Source: an uncultured Pseudomonadota bacterium
Lineage (GTDB): Bacteria; Pseudomonadota; Alphaproteobacteria; Rs-D84
DNA length: 64,000 nucleotides
Direction of reading: 5' to 3'
Assembly: GCA_902784345.1 (NCBI GenBank)
Contig: CACZUD010000002.1
Location: 92,409 to 156,408, forward strand
In this document: one piece after another, positions 29,679 through 39,314 of the stretch
How the letters are laid out: each line of letters starts with the position of its first letter
Numbering within the stretch: position 1 is the stretch's first letter
Notes under the pieces: generated by a model
The model's database searches: none
Told to the model about the DNA's origin: nothing
The model's input: the letters and a program-made list of their open reading frames with translations, nothing else
Translations under genes and position numbers: made by a program

Positions 29679-30584
29679 TTAATCCTTGTACATTTTATTG
29701 ACCATAACATCCGCAAAAGAACCTTTGACATATTCGCCACCACGATATGTCAATTTTTGGAAACACGCATCTTTTGCCATTTTATCAAATTCTTTTTGAT
29801 TGAATTTTTTATCACGATATTCTGCCCACAAAATATGCGTAGGATCTTGAGAAACATGTGGCATTTTTTCAAAATATTGCTTTGCTTTTTTATCGTATGT
29901 AATCAAAGTTTTAAACAATAACTGATGCATAAAATAATCAAATTCACGATTTTCTCTTGTCCAATAGTTAAAAATCATGGCACGCCACGCGGCTAACAAA
30001 TACGCCCCCTTGCGAGAACGAATAAAACAATTTTGCATAAAAGAATATGGACTGCCGTATTTTGTACCAGTTAAATAAACATAAAAATCTTCTTTTTCAA
30101 TCCAATCTGGAATTGCAGACATAGAAAAATCAGTTGAATCCATCCAATATCCACCATATTCATAAAGCAATTCTACACGACAAATATCTGCAAAATGTGC
30201 ATGATGGATTTTACCATCACGATATTTTTGAACTATTATTTCTGGCAAAGAAATATAATTAAAAATAGTTTTTTCATCTAACACTATCAATTTCTGTTTA
30301 CAATTTTTTTTGATACTTTTATAACAGGCCTTTACCAAATCAGGTGCATTTTTTTCACCCTGAAGCCAAATAGAAAATATTTTATCATTTTTATCATTTT
30401 TGATGATTTCTTGTTCGACAATTTCATTTGGTTTTGGTAAATATCTTCTGAAATATTTTGTGATTGCCTGAACCAGAACTTCTTCACGTCTTCTGTGTCG
30501 AATATCACGCGGACGCCAAAACCAATTTAATATATGTCCACGTATTGCAATATCTGTTAGCACAGGTAATCTGTTTACATTCAT
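29679..30584 (-). CDS. capsular polysaccharide synthesis protein-family glycosyltransferase (Caps_synth-like)
   Basis: FSIWLQGEKNAPDLVKACYKSI and HFADICRVELLYEYGGYWMDST match the recalled Caps_synth/GT32-like signatures. Confidence 0.65.
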   Translation of the reverse strand: MNVNRLPVLTDIAIRGHILNWFWRPRDIRHRRREEVLVQAITKYFRRYLPKPNEIVEQEIIKNDKNDKIFSIWLQGEKNAPDLVKACYKSIKKNCKQKLIVLDEKTIFNYISLPEIIVQKYRDGKIHHAHFADICRVELLYEYGGYWMDSTDFSMSAIPDWIEKEDFYVYLTGTKYGSPYSFMQNCFIRSRKGAYLLAAWRAMIFNYWTRENREFDYFMHQLLFKTLITYDKKAKQYFEKMPHVSQDPTHILWAEYRDKKFNQKEFDKMAKDACFQKLTYRGGEYVKGSFADVMVNKMYKD

Positions 30585-30595
30585 TGTGTATCCTT

Positions 30596-31492
30596 TTATT
30601 TCATTTTTATCATTTCATCCGCAAAAGACCCAGGCACTATTTCTAATCCACGAAAAGTCGTTTTTTGAAAGAAAGCATCTTTTGTAATTTCTTTAAAACG
30701 TTTTTTATCAAAAGGTTCGTCCCTATGTCCCCACCAAAGCATATGTGTACCATCTTGTAAAACGTGTGGCATTTTTTCAAAATGCTTTTTTGCTCTTTCG
30801 TCATGCATAACCAAAGTTTTGAATAATAACTGATGCATAAAATAATCCAGTTCATGATCTTCGTGCATCCAATAATCTAATATCATCGCACGCCATGCCG
30901 CCAATAAATATGATCCTTTGCGCGCACGAATAAAACAGTTCTGAACAAAACTATATCCAAAACTCCATTCTGGATTTACAACAAACATAAAAAAGTCAGA
31001 ATCAGTTATAAACTTTGGTATCGGTTCTGTAACAAAAGCTGTCGCATCCAACCAATAACCGCCATATTGATACAACAATTCCACACGACAAATATCAGCA
31101 AAATGCGCATGCCCTATTTTCCCAGCACGATATTTTGCAACTATTTCATCAGGCAAAGAAATATAATCAAAAATAGTTTTAGAATCTAATATAACCAATT
31201 CTTGTTTACAGTGGCGTCTGACACTGCGAAAACAAGATTTCACAATGTCCGGCGCATTATCTTCGCCCTGTAACCACAAGGTAAAGATTTTTTCATCTTT
31301 ATCGTTTTTTATAACTTTTTTTTCTTTAACGAACTGAACACTTTGTAAATATTTTTGAAAATACCTATCAACTGTTTTCAAAATATAATTTGTTCTTATT
31401 TTTCTTCTGTGTTCCCTTGAATACCAAAACGGATTCAAGATATGTCCAAATAAAACCAGTTTTAATTTTGTAAAGTTGCTAGTAAATTTCAC
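30596..31492 (-). CDS. capsular polysaccharide synthesis protein-family glycosyltransferase, tandem paralog
   Basis: Collinear with 29679-30584 (FTLWLQGEDNAPDIVKSCFRSV, HFADICRVELLYQYGGYWLDAT). Confidence 0.65.
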   Translation of the reverse strand: MKFTSNFTKLKLVLFGHILNPFWYSREHRRKIRTNYILKTVDRYFQKYLQSVQFVKEKKVIKNDKDEKIFTLWLQGEDNAPDIVKSCFRSVRRHCKQELVILDSKTIFDYISLPDEIVAKYRAGKIGHAHFADICRVELLYQYGGYWLDATAFVTEPIPKFITDSDFFMFVVNPEWSFGYSFVQNCFIRARKGSYLLAAWRAMILDYWMHEDHELDYFMHQLLFKTLVMHDERAKKHFEKMPHVLQDGTHMLWWGHRDEPFDKKRFKEITKDAFFQKTTFRGLEIVPGSFADEMIKMK

Positions 31493-31510
31493 AAATGCCC
31501 CCTTTGTTTT

Positions 31511-32581
31511 TTATTCTTCAACAACATTATCATCATCTTCTGACGGTCCAGTTGTCATTTCTTCGGCAATACCATTTGCCTTTGCCATAATTTTATCCAG
31601 CAATTCTTTTTGGGCATCGATATGGTCTTTCAACCAAGCGCGTGCATTGGCTTCGCCCTGACCTATACGTTCATTATTATAAGAATAGAAAGAACCTGCT
31701 TTTTCAATAAGGTTATATTTTACACCCATATCCAAAATTTCGCTTATTCTGGAAATGCCTTCACCATACATAATTTTGAAATCAACCGTACGGAAAGGTG
31801 GTGCAACTTTATTTTTTACAACCTTTACACGTGTTTCATTACCAATAACATTTTCTTTATCTTTGATTGCGCCTGTACGACGAATATCAAGACGAACAGA
31901 AGCATAGAATTTTAACGCGTTACCACCAGATGTTGTTTCAGGAGATCCGAACATAACACCGATTTTCATACGAATTTGATTGATGAAAATAAGCAAAGTG
32001 TTGCTGCGCGAAACACTGCCTGCCAACTTTTTCAAAGATTGCGACATCAATCGCGCCGTAGTTCCCATATAAGTATCGCCGATATTACCTTCTAATTCTG
32101 CCTTTGGTACAAGGGCGGCCACAGAATCAACCACAACAACATCAACCGCACCAGATTTAATAAGCGTGTCTGCAATTTCCAAAGCCTGTTCACCTGAATC
32201 TGGTTGTGAAATTATAAGGTTAGAAACATCCACACCCAACTTTTTAGCATAACTTGGGTCCAGTGCATTTTCTGCATCGATATAAGCGCATGTTCCACCT
32301 TTCTTTTGAGATTCTGCAACTGCATGCAACGCCAATGTTGTTTTACCAGAGCTTTCAGGACCATAGATTTCAACGATGCGTCCTTTTGGATAACCACCAA
32401 TTCCAAGTGCTATATCAAGTCCCAAAGAGCCAGTGGAAATTGCTTCAATATTTTGTTGCGAACCATCACCCATTTTCATAATGGCTTCTTTACCAAATTG
32501 TTTTTGAATTTGTGCCAACGCAGATTCCAAAGCTGGATTTTTTGCAGGTGCAGTTTCTTTAACTACTTCTTTTTTTGCCAT
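31511..32581 (-). CDS. recA: recombinase RecA
   Basis: Walker [10 protein letters not shown], the typical [12 protein letters not shown]-terminus and an acidic C-terminal tail. Confidence 0.97.
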   Translation of the reverse strand: MAKKEVVKETAPAKNPALESALAQIQKQFGKEAIMKMGDGSQQNIEAISTGSLGLDIALGIGGYPKGRIVEIYGPESSGKTTLALHAVAESQKKGGTCAYIDAENALDPSYAKKLGVDVSNLIISQPDSGEQALEIADTLIKSGAVDVVVVDSVAALVPKAELEGNIGDTYMGTTARLMSQSLKKLAGSVSRSNTLLIFINQIRMKIGVMFGSPETTSGGNALKFYASVRLDIRRTGAIKDKENVIGNETRVKVVKNKVAPPFRTVDFKIMYGEGISRISEILDMGVKYNLIEKAGSFYSYNNERIGQGEANARAWLKDHIDAQKELLDKIMAKANGIAEEMTTGPSEDDDNVVEE

Positions 32582-32646
32582 AAAATACCCCTTTCGTTTT
32601 ATACCAAAATCATACTAAGAAAAAAGGCTTAACGCAAGGTATATTA

Positions 32647-33858
32647 TTAACGTTTTGACCACAAGACAATTGTTGACAAAACCGCCATTATCGCAGTAAT
32701 CATCCACACCGCAGATGTAGTCCCAAATATCGCAATGCAGAGCATTCCCAAAAGTGGCGCAACAACACTTGGGAAATTGACGCTTGTTCTGAAAATGCCA
32801 TAAAAACGCGCCTGTTCCGCCTTTGGCATATCATTAAAGAACAGCAAATCATGACAAGCTTCCATAAACGCGCCTGAAACCTGCCACAATACAAACAGCG
32901 CTAATAATGTATATCCACTGGCAAAAGTCGCAATCAAAGAAAACATACCAAAAGACAAGAATCCCAAAGTTAACCACAACTTAACGCCATACTTTTTCAT
33001 CCACTTGCCCATAAATATATCTAATATTATATATGGCAAAATACCGATTGATAAAATAATACCCAATGTTTCATTTGAAAAACCATTTTCAATAACAATA
33101 ATTGGCACATAAAGCAAACGCATTGAACGCAATGCATAAAAACCAAAATTAACAACGTACGCACGCAACATCCCCGGCTTTTTAAAAAACGCCTTTGCGT
33201 TCATACGCAACGCACGAAATGTCCTGTGCAAATTAACAGGCTTTATAATTTTATCTTCTTGAACAATCCCAAAATGTTTAAAGAACAAAAGCCCAGAAAT
33301 ATATATCATACCCGCCGCCAATAATGGCATTCTGTAATTCCCATCAAAATAATTAACAACCAACATCGCATACATTGGCGCAACAAAAGCCCCGATGTTT
33401 TCCCACAAAAGTCGTCGGGCATTAAGTTTTTCCATGCCTATTCCACGCGAAAAATCAGACATAAACAATGGTAACAAAATTCCAAACATTGTAGAAGCAC
33501 AACAAACAACGTAATCCAACATTATAAAAGTTGATGGTTTTACAGAAAAACTCATCATGCAATAACAGGCACCCAATGTTGCCATAACAATATAAAGCAA
33601 TCTTGTTTTGGTAAACCACCGTAAAATTTGTGCTGAAAAAATCCCCACAACAACTGCGAACATCGCGTAAATTGCAGCATACACACCAACTGCCCCGGAC
33701 GCCATTTCTTCATTCATGAACATTTTAAAAATGCCCAACAACACCAACGAATAAACAGCATGAACAACCCCGCCGGCAAAACCAGTAAACAGCCCCAGAT
33801 TTGCGAATGAAAATCCGTTCACATTATTATTTATGGCAAGATATTTTTCTTTTCTCAA
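32647..33858 (-). CDS. MFS-type transporter
   Basis: About 12 predicted TM segments in 403 aa, in a two-half arrangement. Substrate unknown. Confidence 0.7.
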   Translation of the reverse strand: MRKEKYLAINNNVNGFSFANLGLFTGFAGGVVHAVYSLVLLGIFKMFMNEEMASGAVGVYAAIYAMFAVVVGIFSAQILRWFTKTRLLYIVMATLGACYCMMSFSVKPSTFIMLDYVVCCASTMFGILLPLFMSDFSRGIGMEKLNARRLLWENIGAFVAPMYAMLVVNYFDGNYRMPLLAAGMIYISGLLFFKHFGIVQEDKIIKPVNLHRTFRALRMNAKAFFKKPGMLRAYVVNFGFYALRSMRLLYVPIIVIENGFSNETLGIILSIGILPYIILDIFMGKWMKKYGVKLWLTLGFLSFGMFSLIATFASGYTLLALFVLWQVSGAFMEACHDLLFFNDMPKAEQARFYGIFRTSVNFPSVVAPLLGMLCIAIFGTTSAVWMITAIMAVLSTIVLWSKR

Positions 33859-33910
33859 CTCTCTTCCTCAACACAAATATAGCACAAAAAATTTTTTATA
33901 AACAATATTT

Positions 33911-34390
33911 TTATTTATCAAATCTTGATGTGTTGGCATGTGTTAATGCGATTGCGATTGCGTCGCTTTCATCCGCGGTTTTTGGATGTGCAGTTGGCAA
34001 TAATATAGATAACATTTTATATATTTGATCTTTGTCTGCATGCCCTACACCAGTCAGTGCTTTCTTGATTTTGTTTGCTTCGTATTCAAATACAGGAATA
34101 TCTTTTACCGCCACAGCTGTTATAGCCGCAGCACGCGCATGCCCCAACAACAGTGTTGTCTTGCCGTTTTTATTAACGAATATAACTTCTATACTACACT
34201 CATTCGGTTGAAAAGTTTCACACAATTCACTGACACCATTAAAAATGAAAGCCAACCTTTCCGGCAATGGTAATTTAGTTGGTGGCAAAATAACACCGCT
34301 GGCAATATATTTACGCGCCCCACCTGCGACATCTATAATTGCCCAACCAGTATGCAAAAGACCAGGGTCTATTCCCAAAATTCTTTTCAT
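33911..34390 (-). CDS. ruvC: crossover junction endodeoxyribonuclease RuvC
   Basis: ILGIDPGL N-terminus, acidic catalytic residues and the C-terminal DESDAIAIALTH motif. Confidence 0.9.
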   Translation of the reverse strand: MKRILGIDPGLLHTGWAIIDVAGGARKYIASGVILPPTKLPLPERLAFIFNGVSELCETFQPNECSIEVIFVNKNGKTTLLLGHARAAAITAVAVKDIPVFEYEANKIKKALTGVGHADKDQIYKMLSILLPTAHPKTADESDAIAIALTHANTSRFDK

Positions 34391-34391
34391 T

Positions 34392-34727
34392 TTATTTCCG
34401 TATTGTTATTTTACCAGTCGCATCGCGTCCATAATATTTATCTATTTTATTTTTTATTTCATCAACCTTGTATGATAGTTCCAGCGCAAACGCAGGCGAT
34501 ATCGGCCGCAACACAATATTAAACTTTTTATCACGTGAAAGTTTAACGGCAACAACATTTGATATTTTTGCGATGTCTTGTCCAACAATCTTTGCCCAAT
34601 TATTAACCAAATCAGCATCACTTGTGCGACCACCAAACATTTCCATCAATCCACCAAAAGCCGCAGCCAAAGTTTGTGGTCGTGATTTTCTTAATTCCAA
34701 ATTAACTTTCTTATCTTGGTTTGACAT
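34392..34727 (-). CDS. DUF721 / DciA-like protein
   Basis: 111 aa. The WAKIVGQDIAKISNVVAVKL...FNIVLRPISPAFALELSY pattern fits DUF721. It overlaps the mltA stop by 17 bp. Confidence 0.6.
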   Translation of the reverse strand: MSNQDKKVNLELRKSRPQTLAAAFGGLMEMFGGRTSDADLVNNWAKIVGQDIAKISNVVAVKLSRDKKFNIVLRPISPAFALELSYKVDEIKNKIDKYYGRDATGKITIRK

Positions 34728-35805
34728 AAGTATATTCTTTTGGCATCAGTATAAACATTTGACCTTGGGAATGTTGACCATGTGCAACACGATATGCTTC
34801 ATCCCCAGAACCAAAGAAAATATCTGCGCGTATCCATCCCTTGATTGCGCCACCGGTATCTTGTGCAATCATCAAACGATTAAACGCGCGTCCATCAGAC
34901 AAAGTTGTGTTTATATATACAGGCAATCCCAATGTATACAAACTGTCGTCCATCGCAACACTGCGAATTTTGGAAAGCGGCGTTCCCAATTTCCCAATCA
35001 CACTTTGTTGCTTGGCTTCATAAAAATACACATAACGCGGGTTGTTGTAAATAACTTCTTTTGCCAGTTTTGGATTTTTCTTTAAGTATGTCCAAACCGC
35101 ATCAGCACTATACCCACCTTCTGGTTTAATACCACGATCTTGTAATTGTTTTCCAATAGATTTAAATGGCATATCATTGACCGCGGCAAAATTCAGTTTA
35201 ACCATTTCTCCGTCTTCCAGTTTTAACATACCACTGCCCTGAATTTGCAGGTTTTGCACATCAACAATATTTGCCCAATATAAAATACGCCCTATTTTCT
35301 TGTTAACAATATCTTTTTTTGCAACACCTTTATAATTCTTTCCGTCCACAGGAACACCCATTATTGGTTCATTGCATTGTGCGGTTCTGGTTTTGCACCC
35401 AGGTATCACAGGTGAATAATATCCCGTATAAGTTCCGGTTTTTCCACCGTTTTCATTATAAACTTGGTACGGTTGGAAATTAGATTCGAACCACGCACGC
35501 ACAGTTTTTACATCTGCAGATGCGCTTGGCAGCATATTGCATTTTTCGCGCAACAATTCTGGATCTGGGATGACTTTGCCATTATATTGAATTTTTGCAT
35601 TGCAAGTATTACGAAACGCCTGCAAGGCATAGCGAACATCGTCATCAAGCCACCCAGGCAGCGCAGAATACGAAACCGCAGTCAAATTCGACGGTATCTT
35701 TGCATTATCGCCCTGATGTGTTGGTGCAGACAAATCACAACCAGCAACCAAAGCAATAAAGCCACAAATTCCACAAAAACGCACTAAATTATAAAATAAT
35801 GACAT
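34711..35805 (-). CDS. mltA: membrane-bound lytic murein transglycosylase A
   Basis: Lipobox LVAGC, an MltA domain and a C-terminal 3D domain (AQDTGGAIKG...RADIFFG). The start is taken at MSLFYNL. Confidence 0.85.
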   Translation of the reverse strand: MSLFYNLVRFCGICGFIALVAGCDLSAPTHQGDNAKIPSNLTAVSYSALPGWLDDDVRYALQAFRNTCNAKIQYNGKVIPDPELLREKCNMLPSASADVKTVRAWFESNFQPYQVYNENGGKTGTYTGYYSPVIPGCKTRTAQCNEPIMGVPVDGKNYKGVAKKDIVNKKIGRILYWANIVDVQNLQIQGSGMLKLEDGEMVKLNFAAVNDMPFKSIGKQLQDRGIKPEGGYSADAVWTYLKKNPKLAKEVIYNNPRYVYFYEAKQQSVIGKLGTPLSKIRSVAMDDSLYTLGLPVYINTTLSDGRAFNRLMIAQDTGGAIKGWIRADIFFGSGDEAYRVAHGQHSQGQMFILMPKEYTYVKPR

Positions 35806-35888
35806 TTTAATTGTTCCCCCCACTTGTAAAAACAATTTCTTAATGCTATATTATCATAAAACGATGGATAAAAAAAGGAGCAATCGCA

Positions 35889-36338
35889 ATGCCAAAGTTT
35901 AATATTATATCTCAATTCTTAAAAGACATCTCTTTTGAAAGCCCAAATGTACCGGAATTATTCTTTAAACAGGACTCTGGCGCTGCAAAAATGGAAATTA
36001 ACATCGATATTAATATCAAAGGTGCAGAAAACAATCTGTTCATGGTTGATTTGATTACACGCGTACATTCTAAATTGGAAAAAGACGACAAAACAGTATT
36101 CATGATTGAATCAACATATACCGGAATGGTTCAATACGAAGAAAAAGACGAAGAAACCAAGAAAAGAACATTATTAATAGACGTCCCAACAGTTTTGTTC
36201 CCATACGTTCGTTCCCTGGTAACAAGATTGACGGCTGAATCTGGTTTTCCACCATTGTCAATGCCTTTGGTTGATTTTGCAGACCTTTACGAACAAAGAC
36301 AAAAACAATCTGCAGAACAAAAACCTGCAAATCAATAA
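35889..36338 (+). CDS. secB: protein-export chaperone SecB
   Basis: Typical SecB N-terminus (FNIISQFLKDISFESPN), VLFPYVRSLV and an AAGGAG SD upstream. Confidence 0.9.
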   Translation: MPKFNIISQFLKDISFESPNVPELFFKQDSGAAKMEINIDINIKGAENNLFMVDLITRVHSKLEKDDKTVFMIESTYTGMVQYEEKDEETKKRTLLIDVPTVLFPYVRSLVTRLTAESGFPPLSMPLVDFADLYEQRQKQSAEQKPANQ

Positions 36339-36356
36339 AAATAAAACGATAAAAAA

Positions 36357-36384
36357 CGCCGCTCAACCGAGCGGTGTTTTTTTT
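36357..36384 (+). terminator. rho-independent terminator of secB
   Basis: cgccgctc-aacc-gagcggtg hairpin (one G-U pair) followed by T8. Confidence 0.75.
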
Positions 36385-36500
36385 AATTAAATAGAATTGT
36401 TTAGATGCTTATCAAAAATAAATTAGAATGATGAAGATGCGCCGTCGTTGGTAAGTGAAGTGTAGTAAACCTACATGAACGAACCAACGGCAAGCAGATT
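36385..36500. repeat. palindromic intergenic repeat, family A, copy 1 (with an internal partial duplication)
   Basis: It shares AATTAAATAGAATTGTTTAGATGC ... AAGTG-AGTGTAGTAA(A)CCTACAT-AACG ... CAAGCAGAT with 39213-39296. Outer stem is cgttggt/accaacg; inner stem is tgtag/ctaca. Confidence 0.7.
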
Positions 36501-36518
36501 TATTATTATAATTTATTT

Positions 36519-37235
36519 TTATGCTGCAGCTGTAAATACTTTTTGCACATCATCATTAGCATCCAGCGCATCCACCAATCTTTCGATTTTCGCATATGCT
36601 TCATCGTCTAAATCAACAGGCATATTTGGAACCCATGTGATTTCGGCATTTTCTGGTTCGCCAATTTTATCAGCCAATGCTTTTTGGATATTCATAAAGT
36701 TATCTGGTTTTGTTGTTATGATAAAACCTTCTTCTGACGATTCCAGATTATCTGCATCAACTTCCATAACCAATTCCATCATTTCGTCTTCTGTTTTACC
36801 AATGGATGCAGGATACATAATTTGTCCAACATGTGAAAACATGAAAACAACAGAACCTTCTTCGCCCATATTGCCACCATTTTTGGCAAAAATATTACGA
36901 ATTTCTGGCACTGTTCTGCGTGGATTATCAGTCAATGCTTCCACAATAACAGGAACTGCATTTGGGCCATAACCTTCATAACGCACTGCGACAAAGTTAT
37001 CAGTATTTGCACCAGACGCTTTTTCAATTGCGCGTTTAATGTTATCGTTCGGCATAGACGCTTTGCGTGCCTGCAAAATTGCCAAACGCAATCTTGGGTT
37101 ATTATCAGGATTTTTATCACCCAATTTTGCCGCCATAGTTATTTCACGCGCCAGTTTAGTAAACAAACCACTGCGTGCCGCATCAACCAATCCTTTTTTG
37201 TGTTGGATGTTGTGCCATTTACTGTGTCCACTCAT
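36519..37235 (-). CDS. yebC: YebC/PmpR-family transcriptional regulator
   Basis: The MSGHSKWHNIQHKKG N-terminus is diagnostic. Confidence 0.95.
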   Translation of the reverse strand: MSGHSKWHNIQHKKGLVDAARSGLFTKLAREITMAAKLGDKNPDNNPRLRLAILQARKASMPNDNIKRAIEKASGANTDNFVAVRYEGYGPNAVPVIVEALTDNPRRTVPEIRNIFAKNGGNMGEEGSVVFMFSHVGQIMYPASIGKTEDEMMELVMEVDADNLESSEEGFIITTKPDNFMNIQKALADKIGEPENAEITWVPNMPVDLDDEAYAKIERLVDALDANDDVQKVFTAAA

Positions 37236-37285
37236 ATTTGACCTTTTGATTTAATTGTACTAAAATTACACCAAAAGGATAACAA

Positions 37286-37855
37286 ATGATTGGAAAATTG
37301 CAAGGCGTAATTGACTATATTGGCTCTGATTTCGTTATTTTAATGGTAAATGGTGTTGGGTACAAGGTCTATACGCCGGAAATCTTGACATTAAAGTCAA
37401 CTGTCGCGCTTTGGATTGAAACCATTGTTCGCGAAGATTCAATACGATTGTTTGGGTTTTTAAGCCTTGCCGGTCAAAACCTGTTTAATCAGTTAACAAC
37501 CGTATCTGGCGTTGGACCAAAGGTTGCATTGGCAATTATGGGGACAATTAAAACAGATACTCTGATGACAGCGATTGCAACTGGGGACGCAAAAACAATC
37601 GCAACAGCCCCAGGGGTCGGCAAAAAAGTTGCTGAAAAAATCATAGTCGAATTAAAGAATAAAATGGGTGGTGCGAATTTTGATTTTGGCGACGACAACG
37701 GTGGCGCCCTGCCAGATTTGTTGGCGGCGTTGGAAAGTTTGGGTTATCGCCGTATGGATATTATCGACATGGCGCAAAATCTGGTATCACAAAATCCAGA
37801 TGCAGATATATCAAAACTTGTTCCATTGGCATTAAAAGAAATAAGTGGTAAATAA
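37286..37855 (+). CDS. ruvA: Holliday junction branch migration complex subunit RuvA
   Basis: MIGKLQGVI...GVGYKV OB fold, HhH motifs (VSGVGPKVALAI, APGVGKKVAEKI) and a C-terminal domain III. Confidence 0.9.
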   Translation: MIGKLQGVIDYIGSDFVILMVNGVGYKVYTPEILTLKSTVALWIETIVREDSIRLFGFLSLAGQNLFNQLTTVSGVGPKVALAIMGTIKTDTLMTAIATGDAKTIATAPGVGKKVAEKIIVELKNKMGGANFDFGDDNGGALPDLLAALESLGYRRMDIIDMAQNLVSQNPDADISKLVPLALKEISGK

Positions 37856-37858
37856 AAT

Positions 37859-39154
37859 ATGAATAATAACGATACTATATTTGCATTATCAAGTGCGACT
37901 GGTAAATCTGGTGTTGCTGTTATTAGAATCAGTGGAAACGATTTAGCAGAACTTTTTAAACGCATTATAAACAAACACGAATTTGAATCGCGTCATGCCT
38001 ATTTTACAAACTTTCGCGATGACAACGGTGATTTGATTGACCAATGCGTTGCTATATTTTTTATGTCGCCAAATTCTTTTACTGGCGAAGATGTCATTGA
38101 AATTCATTCACATGGTGCACCGGCTGTCATCGATAAAATATTTGATTTTTTGCGCAAGTCCGGTGCCAGAATTGCAGAACGCGGTGAATTTTCGCGACGC
38201 GCATTTTATAACAACAAAATGGACTTAACCGATGTTGATGGTTTAATCGCCCTGCTTGATGCACAAACAGATAAACAGCGTCAATCTGCCCTGCGTTCTT
38301 TAACAGGTGGCGATTCAATTATGTATAAAAACTGGCGTGATAAAATGATTGAAATATCTGCATACAGTGCGGCTATACTTGATTATGACGCGGACGATTT
38401 ACCAAAAGACATCGATAAAAAAATATTACTGGAAACAAAAAATCTGTTAAAAGAAATCAAAGAATCAACATCTAATTATCGCGCTTCACGTGCAATTCAA
38501 AATGGATTCAATATCGTTCTGATTGGCGAAACAAATGTGGGTAAATCTTCAATCTTTAATAAACTGGTTGGTTCAAACCGCGCAATAGTTTCCGACATTG
38601 CAGGCACAACACGTGATGTTGTATCATCTCAAATAGATATTGACGGATATCTGGTAAATCTGTCTGATACGGCAGGAATCCGCGAAGCAACTGATACAAT
38701 CGAAAAGATAGGTATTGAACGCACACACGAAGAAACAAGAAACGCTGATTTGGTTATACATGTTTATAACGAATTGCCAAAAACAATAAACGAAAACGAA
38801 ATCACAGTTATAAACAAAAGCGATTTATTAAAAGACAAATCAAACAAAAATGTTATTTATACATCTGCGAAAACTGGTGTGGGTTTTGACGAATTATTAA
38901 ATGCAATCAAAACAAAAATGCATGAATTGATGGGCGGGACTGAATCTAAAATCACAATCAACGAACGCACATACGAATTATTAAATGAAACAATTTCTGA
39001 ACTAAGAAATGCGATAAATAAATACAACGGCAATTATGATATCTTTGCAGAACATGTTCGTCGTGCAGGTGATACAATCGGAAAGATTTTAGGTGTAATA
39101 ACAACAAACGAAATCGCCGACGCTACATTTTCAAGGTTGTGTTTGGGAAAATAA
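37859..39154 (+). CDS. mnmE: tRNA modification GTPase MnmE
   Basis: TIFALSSA N-terminus, G domain (GETNVGKSS, DTAGIRE) and the C-terminal CLGK tetrapeptide. Confidence 0.95.
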   Translation: MNNNDTIFALSSATGKSGVAVIRISGNDLAELFKRIINKHEFESRHAYFTNFRDDNGDLIDQCVAIFFMSPNSFTGEDVIEIHSHGAPAVIDKIFDFLRKSGARIAERGEFSRRAFYNNKMDLTDVDGLIALLDAQTDKQRQSALRSLTGGDSIMYKNWRDKMIEISAYSAAILDYDADDLPKDIDKKILLETKNLLKEIKESTSNYRASRAIQNGFNIVLIGETNVGKSSIFNKLVGSNRAIVSDIAGTTRDVVSSQIDIDGYLVNLSDTAGIREATDTIEKIGIERTHEETRNADLVIHVYNELPKTINENEITVINKSDLLKDKSNKNVIYTSAKTGVGFDELLNAIKTKMHELMGGTESKITINERTYELLNETISELRNAINKYNGNYDIFAEHVRRAGDTIGKILGVITTNEIADATFSRLCLGK

Positions 39155-39186
39155 AAACATAAACCGATTTACAAAAACAAATGAAA

Positions 39187-39210
39187 ACACCGGCAAATGC
39201 CGGTGTTTTC
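39187..39210 (+). terminator. rho-independent terminator of mnmE
   Basis: acaccggc-aaat-gccggtgt hairpin followed by TTTT. Confidence 0.7.
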
Positions 39211-39212
39211 AA

Positions 39213-39296
39213 AATTAAATAGAATTGTTTAGATGCGAAGTTGTCGGCAAGTGCAGTGTAGTAACCTACATAAACGCGCCGACAACAAGCAGATGA
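39213..39296. repeat. palindromic intergenic repeat, family A, copy 2
   Basis: Same flanks and centre as copy 1. The outer stem is gttgtcggc (39240-39248) / gccgacaac (39278-39286), a different sequence from copy 1 but still complementary. Confidence 0.7.
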
Positions 39297-39314
39297 ATAA
39301 TTATATTTAATTTA

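Noticed and set aside
32582-32646. A search for an alphaproteobacterial SOS box (GTTC-N7-GTTC / GAAC-N7-GAAC) upstream of recA, and likewise upstream of uvrB at 62656-62699
   Set aside because: No such motif is visible on either strand, so no LexA operator is claimed.
36475-36972. 165-aa plus-strand ORF
   Set aside because: It is entirely antisense to the well-supported yebC gene, with a low-complexity Ser/Ile-rich translation.
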